64,000 bases of DNA from Spirochaetales bacterium. GTDB taxonomy: Bacteria > Spirochaetota > Spirochaetia > JAFGXN01. Positions 27,912 to 37,305 of this stretch are shown here, piece by piece. The DNA is taken from assembly GCA_016936615.1 (NCBI GenBank), contig JAFGXN010000167.1, positions 7,641-71,640 on the forward strand, written 5' to 3'. The notes under the pieces were generated by a model that was given only the letters and a program-made list of their open reading frames with translations, made no database searches and was not told the origin of the DNA. Position numbers and translations under genes: made by a program. Within the stretch, counting starts at the first letter, position 1. Each line of letters opens with the position of its first letter.

Positions 27912-28994
27912 ATGAAAAAAGTTTTTAAAATAACACTTTTAATGGTTTTAGTCGGGTTTGTATTTTCTTGTGATGAAGGATTTACATTCAATAAGAAACA
28001 GGTTCCAACTGTTGATCAGTTAGCAGGATTTAGTGAAGGAACTGTAGAATTAGATACTGCTGCTGTTCCTGAGGTTGAAGGCGAGAAAGAAGCATTCTAC
28101 ATGAATTTAGCTTTAGTTCCTGTAGGTGCGGTTGGTAGATTGTTTGACGATATCCTTGGAGGTAAGAGATCTATCTCTGCTGGTGTCAATACTTTTGTCA
28201 ATGTTGAGAATGAGAAGATTGGTGGCGATGATAATTATGTTATGATCAATGCTTTAAAGTTAGAGTTAGTTTCAGATGCTAATATCCAAAATATTTCTTT
28301 AGTTGACCTTGAGAAGTTTAAAGTAACAAATGGTAATGGAAAAATTAACCTTAAGTTCTTAGTTGATTTAGATTTTTCTGATTATACATTTGAGGGTAAG
28401 GGTGAGTCTATAACAATCAAAGATGGAAAGGCTCTAGGATTAGTTAATATCTCTCTTGGAGTTGATTCTGTTAACTTTGACCTTGAGAATACTGTTGAGT
28501 TGATTAACAAATTTGAAAATGAGTCTGAGCCTGCTACACTTGGGGCGCTTGTCAAATCAATTTTAGAACTTAATACTGGTTCAATCACTGGAATTAAGGC
28601 TAATCTAGAGATGAAATATGCCTTTACTGTAGAGATTAAGAAAGACGAAGCTGAGAAGGCATTTGGCTATAAGGTTATAGCTGATGTTAATGTTCAAGAG
28701 ATAAATATTCCTGAGATTGTTAAGATTTCTGATTCAGACATCTATAATGCTATCTTTAAGGAAGATGGTGAATTTGTCGATGCAATCAAAAATACTGATC
28801 GACGAGATCCTGCTCCTCTATTTAAATATATTTCTGAAGATATAATTGGTGCTAAGGTCTTTATGAACAAAGAGGCTGAGTGGCTTACTTTCAGTTTGAA
28901 TTTTTATAGTGGAAGCAATGCTTCAATCTATTCTAAGAAATATTCTGGTATAGATGAGGTATTCACTGCTTTTGATTCTGTACTTGCTGATTAA
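27912..28994 (+). CDS. Hypothetical surface lipoprotein
   Basis: The lipobox is MKKVFKITLLMVLVGFVFSC. The protein is acidic and repetitive. No known motif was seen. Confidence 0.4.
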   Translation: MKKVFKITLLMVLVGFVFSCDEGFTFNKKQVPTVDQLAGFSEGTVELDTAAVPEVEGEKEAFYMNLALVPVGAVGRLFDDILGGKRSISAGVNTFVNVENEKIGGDDNYVMINALKLELVSDANIQNISLVDLEKFKVTNGNGKINLKFLVDLDFSDYTFEGKGESITIKDGKALGLVNISLGVDSVNFDLENTVELINKFENESEPATLGALVKSILELNTGSITGIKANLEMKYAFTVEIKKDEAEKAFGYKVIADVNVQEINIPEIVKISDSDIYNAIFKEDGEFVDAIKNTDRRDPAPLFKYISEDIIGAKVFMNKEAEWLTFSLNFYSGSNASIYSKKYSGIDEVFTAFDSVLAD

Positions 28995-29015
28995 TCATAC
29001 AAATTATATTATATT

Positions 29016-29048
29016 AAACACGATTGTAAACACAGTCGTGTTTTTTTT
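29016..29048 (+). terminator. Rho-independent terminator (copy 1 of a duplicated hairpin)
   Basis: ACACGATTGT-aaac-ACAGTCGTGT followed by TTTTTTTT. A near-identical copy lies at 29791-29827. Confidence 0.65.
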
Positions 29049-29152
29049 ATACGAAATATTAGGAAATGGGTATTTCCTAGTAAAAAAACTTGACAAGCAA
29101 TAAGTCGAGTTGTAGTATTTAAAACATATTAAAAAAAAATTAAGGAGTAAGT

Positions 29153-29773
29153 ATGAGTGATGTAACAGTAGTTAATCAAGAGTTAAGTTTTAAAGGTATT
29201 TTTAATGCAGCCTTTAAAGATGGGTTTAAGAATTTTTTACCAGTGTTTGTAAATGTTCTTCTTTGGGGTTTGACTATTTGGATTCCATATCTAAATGTTG
29301 GAACCACAATAGGACTAGTTACTTTGGCTGCAAAATTGGGTCGAGGAGAGTCTTTGAGTATGACAGAGATTTTTAATCCTGTTTATCGTAAAAAGATGGG
29401 AGAATTTTTCTTAGTTAATGGATTTGTTAGAATGGGAATAGCTTTCGGAATGGTTATGTTTATTATTCCAGGATATGTGATTGCAATTGCATGGAGCCTA
29501 GCTTCTCTTTTGGTTGTTGATAAAGACAAGAATGCTATTGAGGCTATCAGATTGAGTAATGATGCAACTTACGGTAAGAAGTGGACTATTTTTGGAGTTA
29601 ATATTGTTTTAGGACTAATCTTTGGTCTAGTCGCAGGAATTATTAGTGGTCTTTTGAATTTGATTCATCCTATTTTAGGTGCAATAGCTCTTTTCTTTCT
29701 AATGATGGTTTTTGTTTCCATTATGCTTTCTGTAAGGGGTTATATCTATAACTCTTTGGTAGGAGATAAATAG
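29153..29773 (+). CDS. Hypothetical small integral membrane protein (DUF975-like?)
   Basis: There are four predicted TM helices and a GGAG RBS. The DUF975 resemblance is from memory only. Confidence 0.4.
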   Translation: MSDVTVVNQELSFKGIFNAAFKDGFKNFLPVFVNVLLWGLTIWIPYLNVGTTIGLVTLAAKLGRGESLSMTEIFNPVYRKKMGEFFLVNGFVRMGIAFGMVMFIIPGYVIAIAWSLASLLVVDKDKNAIEAIRLSNDATYGKKWTIFGVNIVLGLIFGLVAGIISGLLNLIHPILGAIALFFLMMVFVSIMLSVRGYIYNSLVGDK

Positions 29774-29790
29774 TTTAAATTATCTTCCAA

Positions 29791-29827
29791 AAAAAACACG
29801 ATTGTAAACACAATCGTGTTTTTTTAT
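29791..29827 (+). terminator. Rho-independent terminator (copy 2 of the duplicated hairpin)
   Basis: AAAAAACACGATTGTAAACACAATCGTGTTTTTTT is a perfect 10-bp stem with a 4-nt loop, flanked by an A-run and a T-run, so it is bidirectional. Confidence 0.7.
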
Positions 29828-29861
29828 GTTAAAATTAGAAAAAATATTTTTTAGAGGTTAT

Positions 29862-32186
29862 ATGAAGAATCGAATTTTTTTAATTTTAATATTTTTAGTT
29901 ATTGCAGTCTCTGGTTTTGCCCAGTCTCGTAGCTTGCTAAACAGTCAGTGGGAATTTGTCCTGGGCGATAGCAAAGAAGTTGTAAGTCTGCCGCATACTG
30001 CAAATGTTGAGCCATTTTTGGTGAACAATCAGTGGCAGGGAGTTTGCACCTATTCAAAGAGTATCTTTGCTCCAGATGATTGGAATGGAAAGAATGTTTT
30101 TGTTGAGTTTGGTGGTGCTATGTCGGTAGCAAAGGTTTCTGTCAACGGACAATTGGTTACGACTCATTACGGAGGTTATCTACCTTTTTCTGTAGATATT
30201 ACATCCTTTTTAAAGTATGGGCAGGAGAATCTTCTCTTTGTGGAGCTTGATAACAGGGATAATTCTGATATCCCGCCAGGAAAGCCTTTGAAAAATCTTG
30301 ATTTTAACTGGTATGGCGGACTTTATCGGAATGTGTGGCTTGTTGTCAAGGACTCTGTCTACATTACTAATCCAGTTGCTGCGGATAAGGTTGCTGGTGG
30401 TGGAATCTTCTTGACAGCAGCGAATCTTCTTCGGGATAATGCTAAGTTAACCGCCAAGGTAAATTTGAAAAACACCACATCTGCGGCTTACACGTATGAG
30501 CTTTCTGGGAAAATTATTTCACCTGATGGTGAGACTTTTTCCACATCTTCCAAAATTGTGAAGATCGGTTCTCTGACAGACTCTGATAGTTATCTGGAAT
30601 TTGAGTTGGTAGAGCCTCTACTCTGGTCACCAGAATTTCCTAACTTGTATCGTCTGGATATATCTCTTCTTAGCGGTGAAGAGCTTATCGATTCATACTC
30701 TCAGAAGATTGGCTTTCGCGAAATTTCCGTGTCTGCTGGAGATTTGAGGATAAATGGAAAAAGTAAATACTTGATGGGAACTAATCGCCATCAAGATTAT
30801 CCATATATCGGTTATGCCTTGTCTGACTCTGCACAGCGAAGAGAGGCTAAACTTATCAAGGAAGGCGGTTTTGACATGGTTAGATTTGCCCATTACCCTA
30901 TGGCAACCTCATTTCTCGATGGTTGCAATGAGTATGGGCTTGTTGTGATGAACCCAATTCCTGGTTGGCAGTATTATAAAGCTGGAAAATTTCATAGAAG
31001 AACTTTACAAAATGCTCGTGAGATGATTCGCAGAGATAGAAATCATCCGTCGGTTTTTTTCTGGGAACTTAGTTTAAATGAGTCATATATGCCGGCTAGG
31101 TTGATTCGTGATCTTACCCGGATTGGGAAAAAAGAGCTTCCTGGTCGAGATTCAATAATCTGCGGTTGGGTGGATAATCCAGCCTATGATTTGTTTATTC
31201 CAGCACGTCAGCATGGAGAGGCGCCAAGTTATTGGGATAGTTGGAAAAAGGGAAAAAAGCCAATCTTTACTGCGGAGTATGGAGATTGGGAGTATTTTGC
31301 TCGTAAAGATGCTAATTTTGATCAGATCTCGATTCGTGATGCTGTTCCAGATGCAAAGTCAAGCCGACATCCACGCGGAGCAGGCGAGGAGTTGTTGTTG
31401 CAGCAGGCTAAAAATTTTCAGGAATCCCATAATCAGAACCAGAGATCAAAGTCTATGATTGGTGATGCAAATTGGGTTTTTGCTGATTACAATAGGGGTT
31501 ATGCGAATGATTTATGTGAATCTGGAGTGGTTAATCTCTTTAGGCTGCCTAAGTTTAGTTATTATTTCTATCAGAGTCAGAGAGATCCTCGTATAGTTAA
31601 TCCAAATTACTCTAGCGGCCCTATGGTCTTTATCGCTTCGTACTGGCAGGCAGATTCAAGCCTTGATTTGAGAATCTTCAGTAACTGTGATCAGATCGAA
31701 CTTTTTCTTAATGGAAAGACGTTAGGCAAAAAATCTCCAACAATCGATGCAATCTCAGATAACTTGAAGCATCCGCCGTTTGTCTTCAATCTTGATTCCT
31801 TCGAGGCGGGAGAGTTGCTTGCGCTCGGGTATGTAGATGGTTCTGTGGTTGCATCGCATAGTGTTAGGACTCCGGGTGCAGCCTCAAAGATTGATATTGA
31901 AGTCGCTGACATTGGTATTCCTTTGGTTGCAGATGGTTCAGATGCTGTGTTTGTTCATGCTAGGATTCTCGATGAGGATGGAACTGTCGTAGTTGGTGCT
32001 GATGTTCAAGTTCAATTTACTGTCGTTGGCGGAGCACAGATTGTTGGACCGACGCTTGTCGTTGCGGAGGCTGGAGTTGCAACTGTGTTAGTTCAATCTA
32101 ACGGACGAGCAGAAGATATTGTTATTACTGCCGAATCTAAGGGTTTGCAGCTTGGTGAGATAATTATTAAGCCAGAATTAAAATAA
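29862..32186 (+). CDS. Glycoside hydrolase family 2 (beta-galactosidase/beta-glucuronidase-like) with C-terminal Ig-like domains
   Basis: The sugar-binding domain (FNWYGGLYRNVWL), the TIM-barrel region (NRHQDYPYIG...FDMVRFAHYP) and a signal peptide are present. The start was set at MKNRIFL (29862, AGAGG RBS). The ORF-track start at 29826 lies inside the terminator hairpin. Confidence 0.75.
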   Translation: MKNRIFLILIFLVIAVSGFAQSRSLLNSQWEFVLGDSKEVVSLPHTANVEPFLVNNQWQGVCTYSKSIFAPDDWNGKNVFVEFGGAMSVAKVSVNGQLVTTHYGGYLPFSVDITSFLKYGQENLLFVELDNRDNSDIPPGKPLKNLDFNWYGGLYRNVWLVVKDSVYITNPVAADKVAGGGIFLTAANLLRDNAKLTAKVNLKNTTSAAYTYELSGKIISPDGETFSTSSKIVKIGSLTDSDSYLEFELVEPLLWSPEFPNLYRLDISLLSGEELIDSYSQKIGFREISVSAGDLRINGKSKYLMGTNRHQDYPYIGYALSDSAQRREAKLIKEGGFDMVRFAHYPMATSFLDGCNEYGLVVMNPIPGWQYYKAGKFHRRTLQNAREMIRRDRNHPSVFFWELSLNESYMPARLIRDLTRIGKKELPGRDSIICGWVDNPAYDLFIPARQHGEAPSYWDSWKKGKKPIFTAEYGDWEYFARKDANFDQISIRDAVPDAKSSRHPRGAGEELLLQQAKNFQESHNQNQRSKSMIGDANWVFADYNRGYANDLCESGVVNLFRLPKFSYYFYQSQRDPRIVNPNYSSGPMVFIASYWQADSSLDLRIFSNCDQIELFLNGKTLGKKSPTIDAISDNLKHPPFVFNLDSFEAGELLALGYVDGSVVASHSVRTPGAASKIDIEVADIGIPLVADGSDAVFVHARILDEDGTVVVGADVQVQFTVVGGAQIVGPTLVVAEAGVATVLVQSNGRAEDIVITAESKGLQLGEIIIKPELK

Positions 32187-32283
32187 TTTTTAGTGCTGAT
32201 TTTTTTCTTGCAGATTTAGTTTCTAGAAGGTATCCTATTAGGGTACCTTCTTTGGTATATTTAAATTTAGATGGAGGTCTGTT

Positions 32284-33669
32284 TTGAATTATCTAAAACG
32301 TTTAATTGGAACTGCTGCGGTAGTTGCATCCTTAGCTTCGTGTGTGATTGCTTCCGGGCATATCTACTACCCACCAGAAGATGAAAAGGTTGTCGAAAAA
32401 TTAGAGCAGTGGCAGGATTTGAAGTTTGGTCTGATGATGCACTGGGGAGCATACAGTGTAATCGGAGTTACAGAGAGTTGGACAATTTGTCCAGAGGATT
32501 GGTGTCGTGGTCGCAAAGATGAGGCAGAATTTCAGCAATATGTAGCTGATTACGTAAAGTTGCCTTACCGATTTAACCCTGTAAAATTTGATCCTGATAG
32601 AATGGCAGCTGCTGCAAAGGATGCTGGAATGAGGTATGTTGTGTTTACTACCAAACACCACGATGGGTTCTGTATGTTTGATACAAAGACTACAGATTAC
32701 AAAATTACAAATCCAGCTTACCCATTTGCAGCAAATCCAAAGGCAAATATTTCAAAGGAAATTTTTGACTCTTTTCGAGATCAGGATTTCATGATTGGCG
32801 CATATTTTTCCAAATCTGATTGGCACTCTCCTTGGTATTGGCATAAAGATTTTCCAGTAGTGGATAGAAATGTTAATTATAATCCAAAGAGATATCCTAA
32901 TTTGTGGAATAATTTTATCGATTATACTTCTACTCAGATTGATGAGTTAATGAGTGATTATGGAAAGATAGATCTGCTGTGGTTAGATGGAGGGCAGGTT
33001 CAGAAGAAACCAAGTACAAGATTTAGTAAAAATTCTAAATTGTATGATCAGGATATTAAGATTGGGGAAATTGTTAGGAAAGCCCGTGAGAAACAGCCAG
33101 GACTTATCTCTGTTGACCGAGAGGTTGTTGGTCGTGAACAGAATTATTTAACCCCTGAGCAGAGGATTCCAGATCATTATATTGGTGTTCCATGGGAGAC
33201 TTGTATGACAATTTCTGGAGCTTGGTCACATGTTCCAAATGACACCTATAAATCTACAACAACCATAATACATAATCTCTGTGATATTGTTGCAAAGGGC
33301 GGTTCGTATCTTTTGAATGTTGCACCAATGGCAAATGGGGATCTAGAGCCTGTAGCATGGGAGAGATTGCGAGAGATAGGTGAGTGGATGGATAAAAATT
33401 CAGAAGCAATCTACGGTACTCGACCTATCCGGCCTTACAGAAGTGGCGATTATGCTTTTACTCAGAAAGATCAGTCCGTATATGCAATCTATCTTTTCGA
33501 GCAGTTGTCTGGTCAGGTAAATATTCCATATACTAAAGATATAAAATCAGTTAAGCTTCTTGGCGAAGATATTCAGTTGACCTGGGTAATTAAAGGTAAT
33601 TTTATCGAGGTAGTTCTTCCTTCGGATTTTGACAAGAAATCACATGCCTGGGTCTTTCAAATCAACTAA
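32284..33669 (+). CDS. Alpha-L-fucosidase, glycoside hydrolase family 29, lipoprotein
   Basis: The hallmark GH29 block is VVFTTKHHDGFCMFDTKTTDY. The lipobox is VVASLASC. The start is TTG, with GGAGG 6 nt upstream. Confidence 0.75.
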   Translation: MNYLKRLIGTAAVVASLASCVIASGHIYYPPEDEKVVEKLEQWQDLKFGLMMHWGAYSVIGVTESWTICPEDWCRGRKDEAEFQQYVADYVKLPYRFNPVKFDPDRMAAAAKDAGMRYVVFTTKHHDGFCMFDTKTTDYKITNPAYPFAANPKANISKEIFDSFRDQDFMIGAYFSKSDWHSPWYWHKDFPVVDRNVNYNPKRYPNLWNNFIDYTSTQIDELMSDYGKIDLLWLDGGQVQKKPSTRFSKNSKLYDQDIKIGEIVRKAREKQPGLISVDREVVGREQNYLTPEQRIPDHYIGVPWETCMTISGAWSHVPNDTYKSTTTIIHNLCDIVAKGGSYLLNVAPMANGDLEPVAWERLREIGEWMDKNSEAIYGTRPIRPYRSGDYAFTQKDQSVYAIYLFEQLSGQVNIPYTKDIKSVKLLGEDIQLTWVIKGNFIEVVLPSDFDKKSHAWVFQIN

Positions 33670-33688
33670 GATTGCAAGATTAGCGGGG

Positions 33689-35308
33689 CTACACTAGTAG
33701 CTTTCCGCCGATTATTACATGTTCTATTCCTGTTGGTCTTTGCTTTGGTTCTTCCCAGGTAGCAGTGTCTTTTATCTGAGTAGGGTCAAAAATAACAAGA
33801 TCAGCAGGTAGCTCTTCTTTGAGAAGGCCACTTTCGAGATTTAGCCTAGCTCTTGGTCTCCCTGTTATGGAGTGAATTATTTTTTCTATTTCGACTCCCT
33901 CGTCTAACAACAATCTGATATATCTTGGGAATGCTCCAAAAAGCCTTGGATGAGGATGTACTCCAGTCACACCATCTGTTCCAATTGTCATCAAATCTTG
34001 TTGCATAAGGAAGTTCTTCATATTTGTCTGATCCTGATTATAGGAGATCATTGCTAAATCTAAATTAGTCTCAATCTCATACTGGCAGATCAGTTCAAAA
34101 GTCTTCCTGAGTCCAGAATCTGAATTGACATCATATCCAGCCATCCTTCCAATCTCGGCAAGACTTTTTCCAGATAGAAATGAGTGTGAGTTTGGAGCGC
34201 TAGCAATTACTATTCCTTCCATCTTCCCTTTGGAAAAACCAATAAAATTATCCCAATCCTTTGACTCTTCTTCAAAGATTCTCTTGAATATTCTCTCCTG
34301 CTCTTTTTTGTCAGAGAGCCGTTGTAGAAGCTGTTTTGGGCCACCTTGGTGAGCTTCGGGTGGGAATATTGCATGAAGTACAGTTGAGCCTGCTGTGTAA
34401 GGGTACATATCGTAGGAGATATCTACGCCATCCTTGTTGAGTTGTCGAATTCTTTCAATGATCTTTGGTCCCTTGTTGAAATTATTTTCACCACACACTT
34501 TTAGATGAGATATATGCATCTTTGCCTTCGCACTCTTGCAGATTGAGCCATATTCATCTAAGGCTTCTAACACAGAGTCTGATTCATTACGCATATGTGC
34601 CATTATTATTTTATTGTAATTCGCTGATTCCTTGGCTAATTCAAGCAGCTCTTCCTTATTTCCAAACATTCCAGGCGAATAGATTAGTCCAAGTGATAGC
34701 CCGTATGAGCCTTGCTCGAATGATTTAGTTAGCAGGCTACGCATCTGCGAAATTTGTTTAGCAGAGAGTGCATTTTTTTCATATCCATTCACAGCAATTC
34801 GAAGGTTGTTGTGACCAGTCAGGGATTTAATTCTGATTGGGTAGGGCGATTTCTGAGCTTTCTTAAAAAAATCCTGAAAATCAGTCGCATCATAATCTTG
34901 CCAATTTGCCTCACCTGTAAGCCCTTTCCAGTTCTGAAAAAAGTCAATCTTCATCGCCTCGGTTACTGGAACTGCTGAATATCCATCTTGCCCACAGATT
35001 TCAGTACAAACCCCTTGATTTATCTTTCCTGCGTAGGCACTCTTGAAGAGAACAGAATCAATTCTGGCAAATGGCGCTAAATCGCTATGTGAGTGCATAT
35101 CTATGAAGCCTGGCGAGACAATTAACTTCCCCTTGCCATCAATTATCTTTGTGTTAAGGTGCATCTGTGTGAACTTGTTTGCATCGTTATTCTCTCTTTC
35201 GATTTTTGTAATCTTTTCACCACAGATTAAGATAGATCCTAGATATGGTTGACCACCTGTCCCATCCACAATTATCATGTTTTTTAGAAGAATCTCATTT
35301 TTAACCAT
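33689..35308 (-). CDS. Amidohydrolase-superfamily enzyme, N-acyl-D-amino-acid deacylase (D-aminoacylase)-like
   Basis: The metal-binding HxH motif is GFIDMHSHSDL. Its length and the C-terminal beta-sandwich are like D-aminoacylases. Confidence 0.55.
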   Translation of the reverse strand: MVKNEILLKNMIIVDGTGGQPYLGSILICGEKITKIERENNDANKFTQMHLNTKIIDGKGKLIVSPGFIDMHSHSDLAPFARIDSVLFKSAYAGKINQGVCTEICGQDGYSAVPVTEAMKIDFFQNWKGLTGEANWQDYDATDFQDFFKKAQKSPYPIRIKSLTGHNNLRIAVNGYEKNALSAKQISQMRSLLTKSFEQGSYGLSLGLIYSPGMFGNKEELLELAKESANYNKIIMAHMRNESDSVLEALDEYGSICKSAKAKMHISHLKVCGENNFNKGPKIIERIRQLNKDGVDISYDMYPYTAGSTVLHAIFPPEAHQGGPKQLLQRLSDKKEQERIFKRIFEEESKDWDNFIGFSKGKMEGIVIASAPNSHSFLSGKSLAEIGRMAGYDVNSDSGLRKTFELICQYEIETNLDLAMISYNQDQTNMKNFLMQQDLMTIGTDGVTGVHPHPRLFGAFPRYIRLLLDEGVEIEKIIHSITGRPRARLNLESGLLKEELPADLVIFDPTQIKDTATWEEPKQRPTGIEHVIIGGKLLV

Positions 35309-35309
35309 T

Positions 35310-36608
35310 TTAAATTTTTCCTTTTTTAAGTTTCTTGTCCTCTCTGTAGTTTGTCAGGTAGTTTTTTATATAAAAAAGTGCAGTAAACATGAAAGGTAAC
35401 ATAATTCCAAGAACTATAATCTTTTGGATTAGTGATAATCCGAAGATATCTCCAAAGCCCACAACAGTTAGTACTGTCATCAAAAGCAGTATAATGTTCA
35501 TAAACTCACTATTCTTTGTAATAATCTGATTCATCCTCTGATTAAGGTTTTCATCCACGTTTTCAAGTTCATTCTTTAGGTGGCTTAAATTTATCTCACG
35601 ATCACTTGCCTTGTCTAGCTCGTCATTGTATGCTGATTTGATTCGAATTGCTATCTCTTCGGATAGACATAGAGACTGTGGCATCTCTTCCCATTTTGCC
35701 TGCATTGTCTGGATTGATGCATTTAGCATATTATTTAATACCTCAAGTCGAGAAAAGTCTGATGCTGCTTCGGTCGTATAGTCGTTTATTCTTGTCAATT
35801 TCTTTAATTTAGATCGAGGAATCTCATCTCGAAAATTGTGGATAATTCTTGAGAGAGCATTTGTTCTGTCGTAGAGTCTCTGCGATACTGTGAAGATGCT
35901 TTGTGTAAAAATTATATGATCGAGAATCTTCTTCAGCTCTTCTGATGGGGCTCCGAGACAGAGAATTCCGCTGATCCCAACAAATATTTCGGAATTATCA
36001 CATTCGAAGGAGTAGATAATCCAATCAGTCAGGGCTAATATTGCCTTATTTTTCTGCTCACCTGTTAGTATCTTTTTTTCTTTATCTGTGATAGCCTCAG
36101 CTACGAATAGCGGGTAGGCTGAGGTGTAGAAAGGCTTATCGATTATTTCCTTTGTTCCGTAGATTGATTGCAACAGGTCAATCTGTGAGTCAGTTAAGAC
36201 TGGGTATAGCCCTTTGACAAATCTGAAGTTTAAATCGCTTGAGATTGATTTCAATAGGTTCGTGCAGAGATGGGGCTTTTCAGCTTCAATTCCAATCCTA
36301 GCATATCCGCTAGAGTCAAGCTTGATTCCTGCAAAGCCAAATTCATCCTCAATTTCCATCTCAACAAAAGAAGAAAAATCAAATCTCTTTGGTGTTAATA
36401 ATATCCCTTTTTCTTGCATCTTGAAAGAACCTCTAGAGATATCTTTGAAACAGCCTTTTATTCCAAATTCTGTAGGCTCTGTGTATTGTTTATGAGATCC
36501 GATAAATCTGTTTAATGCGGTTATATTGTTTTTTCCAAGAGGTATCCATTGGGTAGAAACTATTGCAGGTCGTTGCAGGTAGAAGCTACTTTCAATTAAA
36601 TTTTCCAT
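35310..36608 (-). CDS. Hypothetical protein with CorA-like topology: large cytoplasmic domain, coiled coil, two C-terminal TM helices
   Basis: The 360-aa soluble region is followed by SEFMNIILLLMTVLTVVGFGDIFGL and IIVLGIMLPFMFTALFYI, then a basic tail. No GMN motif was seen. Confidence 0.35.
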   Translation of the reverse strand: MENLIESSFYLQRPAIVSTQWIPLGKNNITALNRFIGSHKQYTEPTEFGIKGCFKDISRGSFKMQEKGILLTPKRFDFSSFVEMEIEDEFGFAGIKLDSSGYARIGIEAEKPHLCTNLLKSISSDLNFRFVKGLYPVLTDSQIDLLQSIYGTKEIIDKPFYTSAYPLFVAEAITDKEKKILTGEQKNKAILALTDWIIYSFECDNSEIFVGISGILCLGAPSEELKKILDHIIFTQSIFTVSQRLYDRTNALSRIIHNFRDEIPRSKLKKLTRINDYTTEAASDFSRLEVLNNMLNASIQTMQAKWEEMPQSLCLSEEIAIRIKSAYNDELDKASDREINLSHLKNELENVDENLNQRMNQIITKNSEFMNIILLLMTVLTVVGFGDIFGLSLIQKIIVLGIMLPFMFTALFYIKNYLTNYREDKKLKKGKI

Positions 36609-36616
36609 ATTCTATC

Positions 36617-37147
36617 CTATAAAAAGTATGAGCGAAAATCAGGGGTTGTATCAATCTGTGAATCCTTTAGAAAACCCTTGATCTCCTCTGAAATCTTGCA
36701 TTTGCACATTAGCCGTGGCATATTATCATTGAGTTCAATCTCCATCAAAAGCCCACAGAGTTTGCACCTCAGAGATTTCTCAATATTTTCAAAGTCCTGA
36801 TTATTTCTAATCTTTTTTATAAAATTCTCTCCACCACTAGTAATCTGATGAGCATTTATATCTCGGTATGTTGCAGTTCTAACTCTAGCGCGCTTGAGGA
36901 ATTTGTGTGCTCGAAGGATATTTATGTCATTCATGAATGTTTTATCCTCCCATAGGAATCTTCTGTACTCTTTGTAATCGTAGAGGAGAATCTCATCGTT
37001 ATAGTCTTTAAAAAAGCCATCAACCATAAGTTTGTAGAATATTGCAAGTGCTGCAGTGTATTGCAAGTATTTGTGAGACTCTTCAGAGGTGTAGAGTGAG
37101 TAGACGAAAAGAACTTGTTCTTGGTTTTTAGTAAGTGTTTTTTCCAT
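36617..37147 (-). CDS. Hypothetical protein with a C-terminal zinc-ribbon (CxxC...CxC)
   Basis: The 176-aa protein contains CKLCGLLMEIELNDNMPRLMCKCK. It is separated by 8 nt from the downstream CorA-like gene. Confidence 0.35.
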   Translation of the reverse strand: MEKTLTKNQEQVLFVYSLYTSEESHKYLQYTAALAIFYKLMVDGFFKDYNDEILLYDYKEYRRFLWEDKTFMNDINILRAHKFLKRARVRTATYRDINAHQITSGGENFIKKIRNNQDFENIEKSLRCKLCGLLMEIELNDNMPRLMCKCKISEEIKGFLKDSQIDTTPDFRSYFL

Positions 37148-37305
37148 AATAACTTAATATAATAATATTTTATATATGAAAAAAAAGCAAGAAAAAATCT
37201 GATAGATTTATCTTGCCTGGAATTTACATAGATTGTTTGGGTGGTAGGAGTCGTGCTGATTTATCAGTTAAGTTAATTTCTACTCCTACCAATCCATAGG
37301 TTCGA

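Noticed and set aside
32271-32283. An upstream ATG at 32271 (ATGGAGGTCTG) was considered as the GH29 fucosidase start.
   Set aside because: It is out of frame with the fucosidase ORF. The in-frame TTG at 32284, with GGAGG 6 nt upstream, is the supported start.
37243-37290. A long stem-loop GGTAGGAGT...ACTCCTACC downstream of the 37306-39216 gene was considered as a terminator.
   Set aside because: The loop is about 30 nt and no U-run follows on either strand. It may be a structured 3' UTR element or chance. It was not called a terminator.
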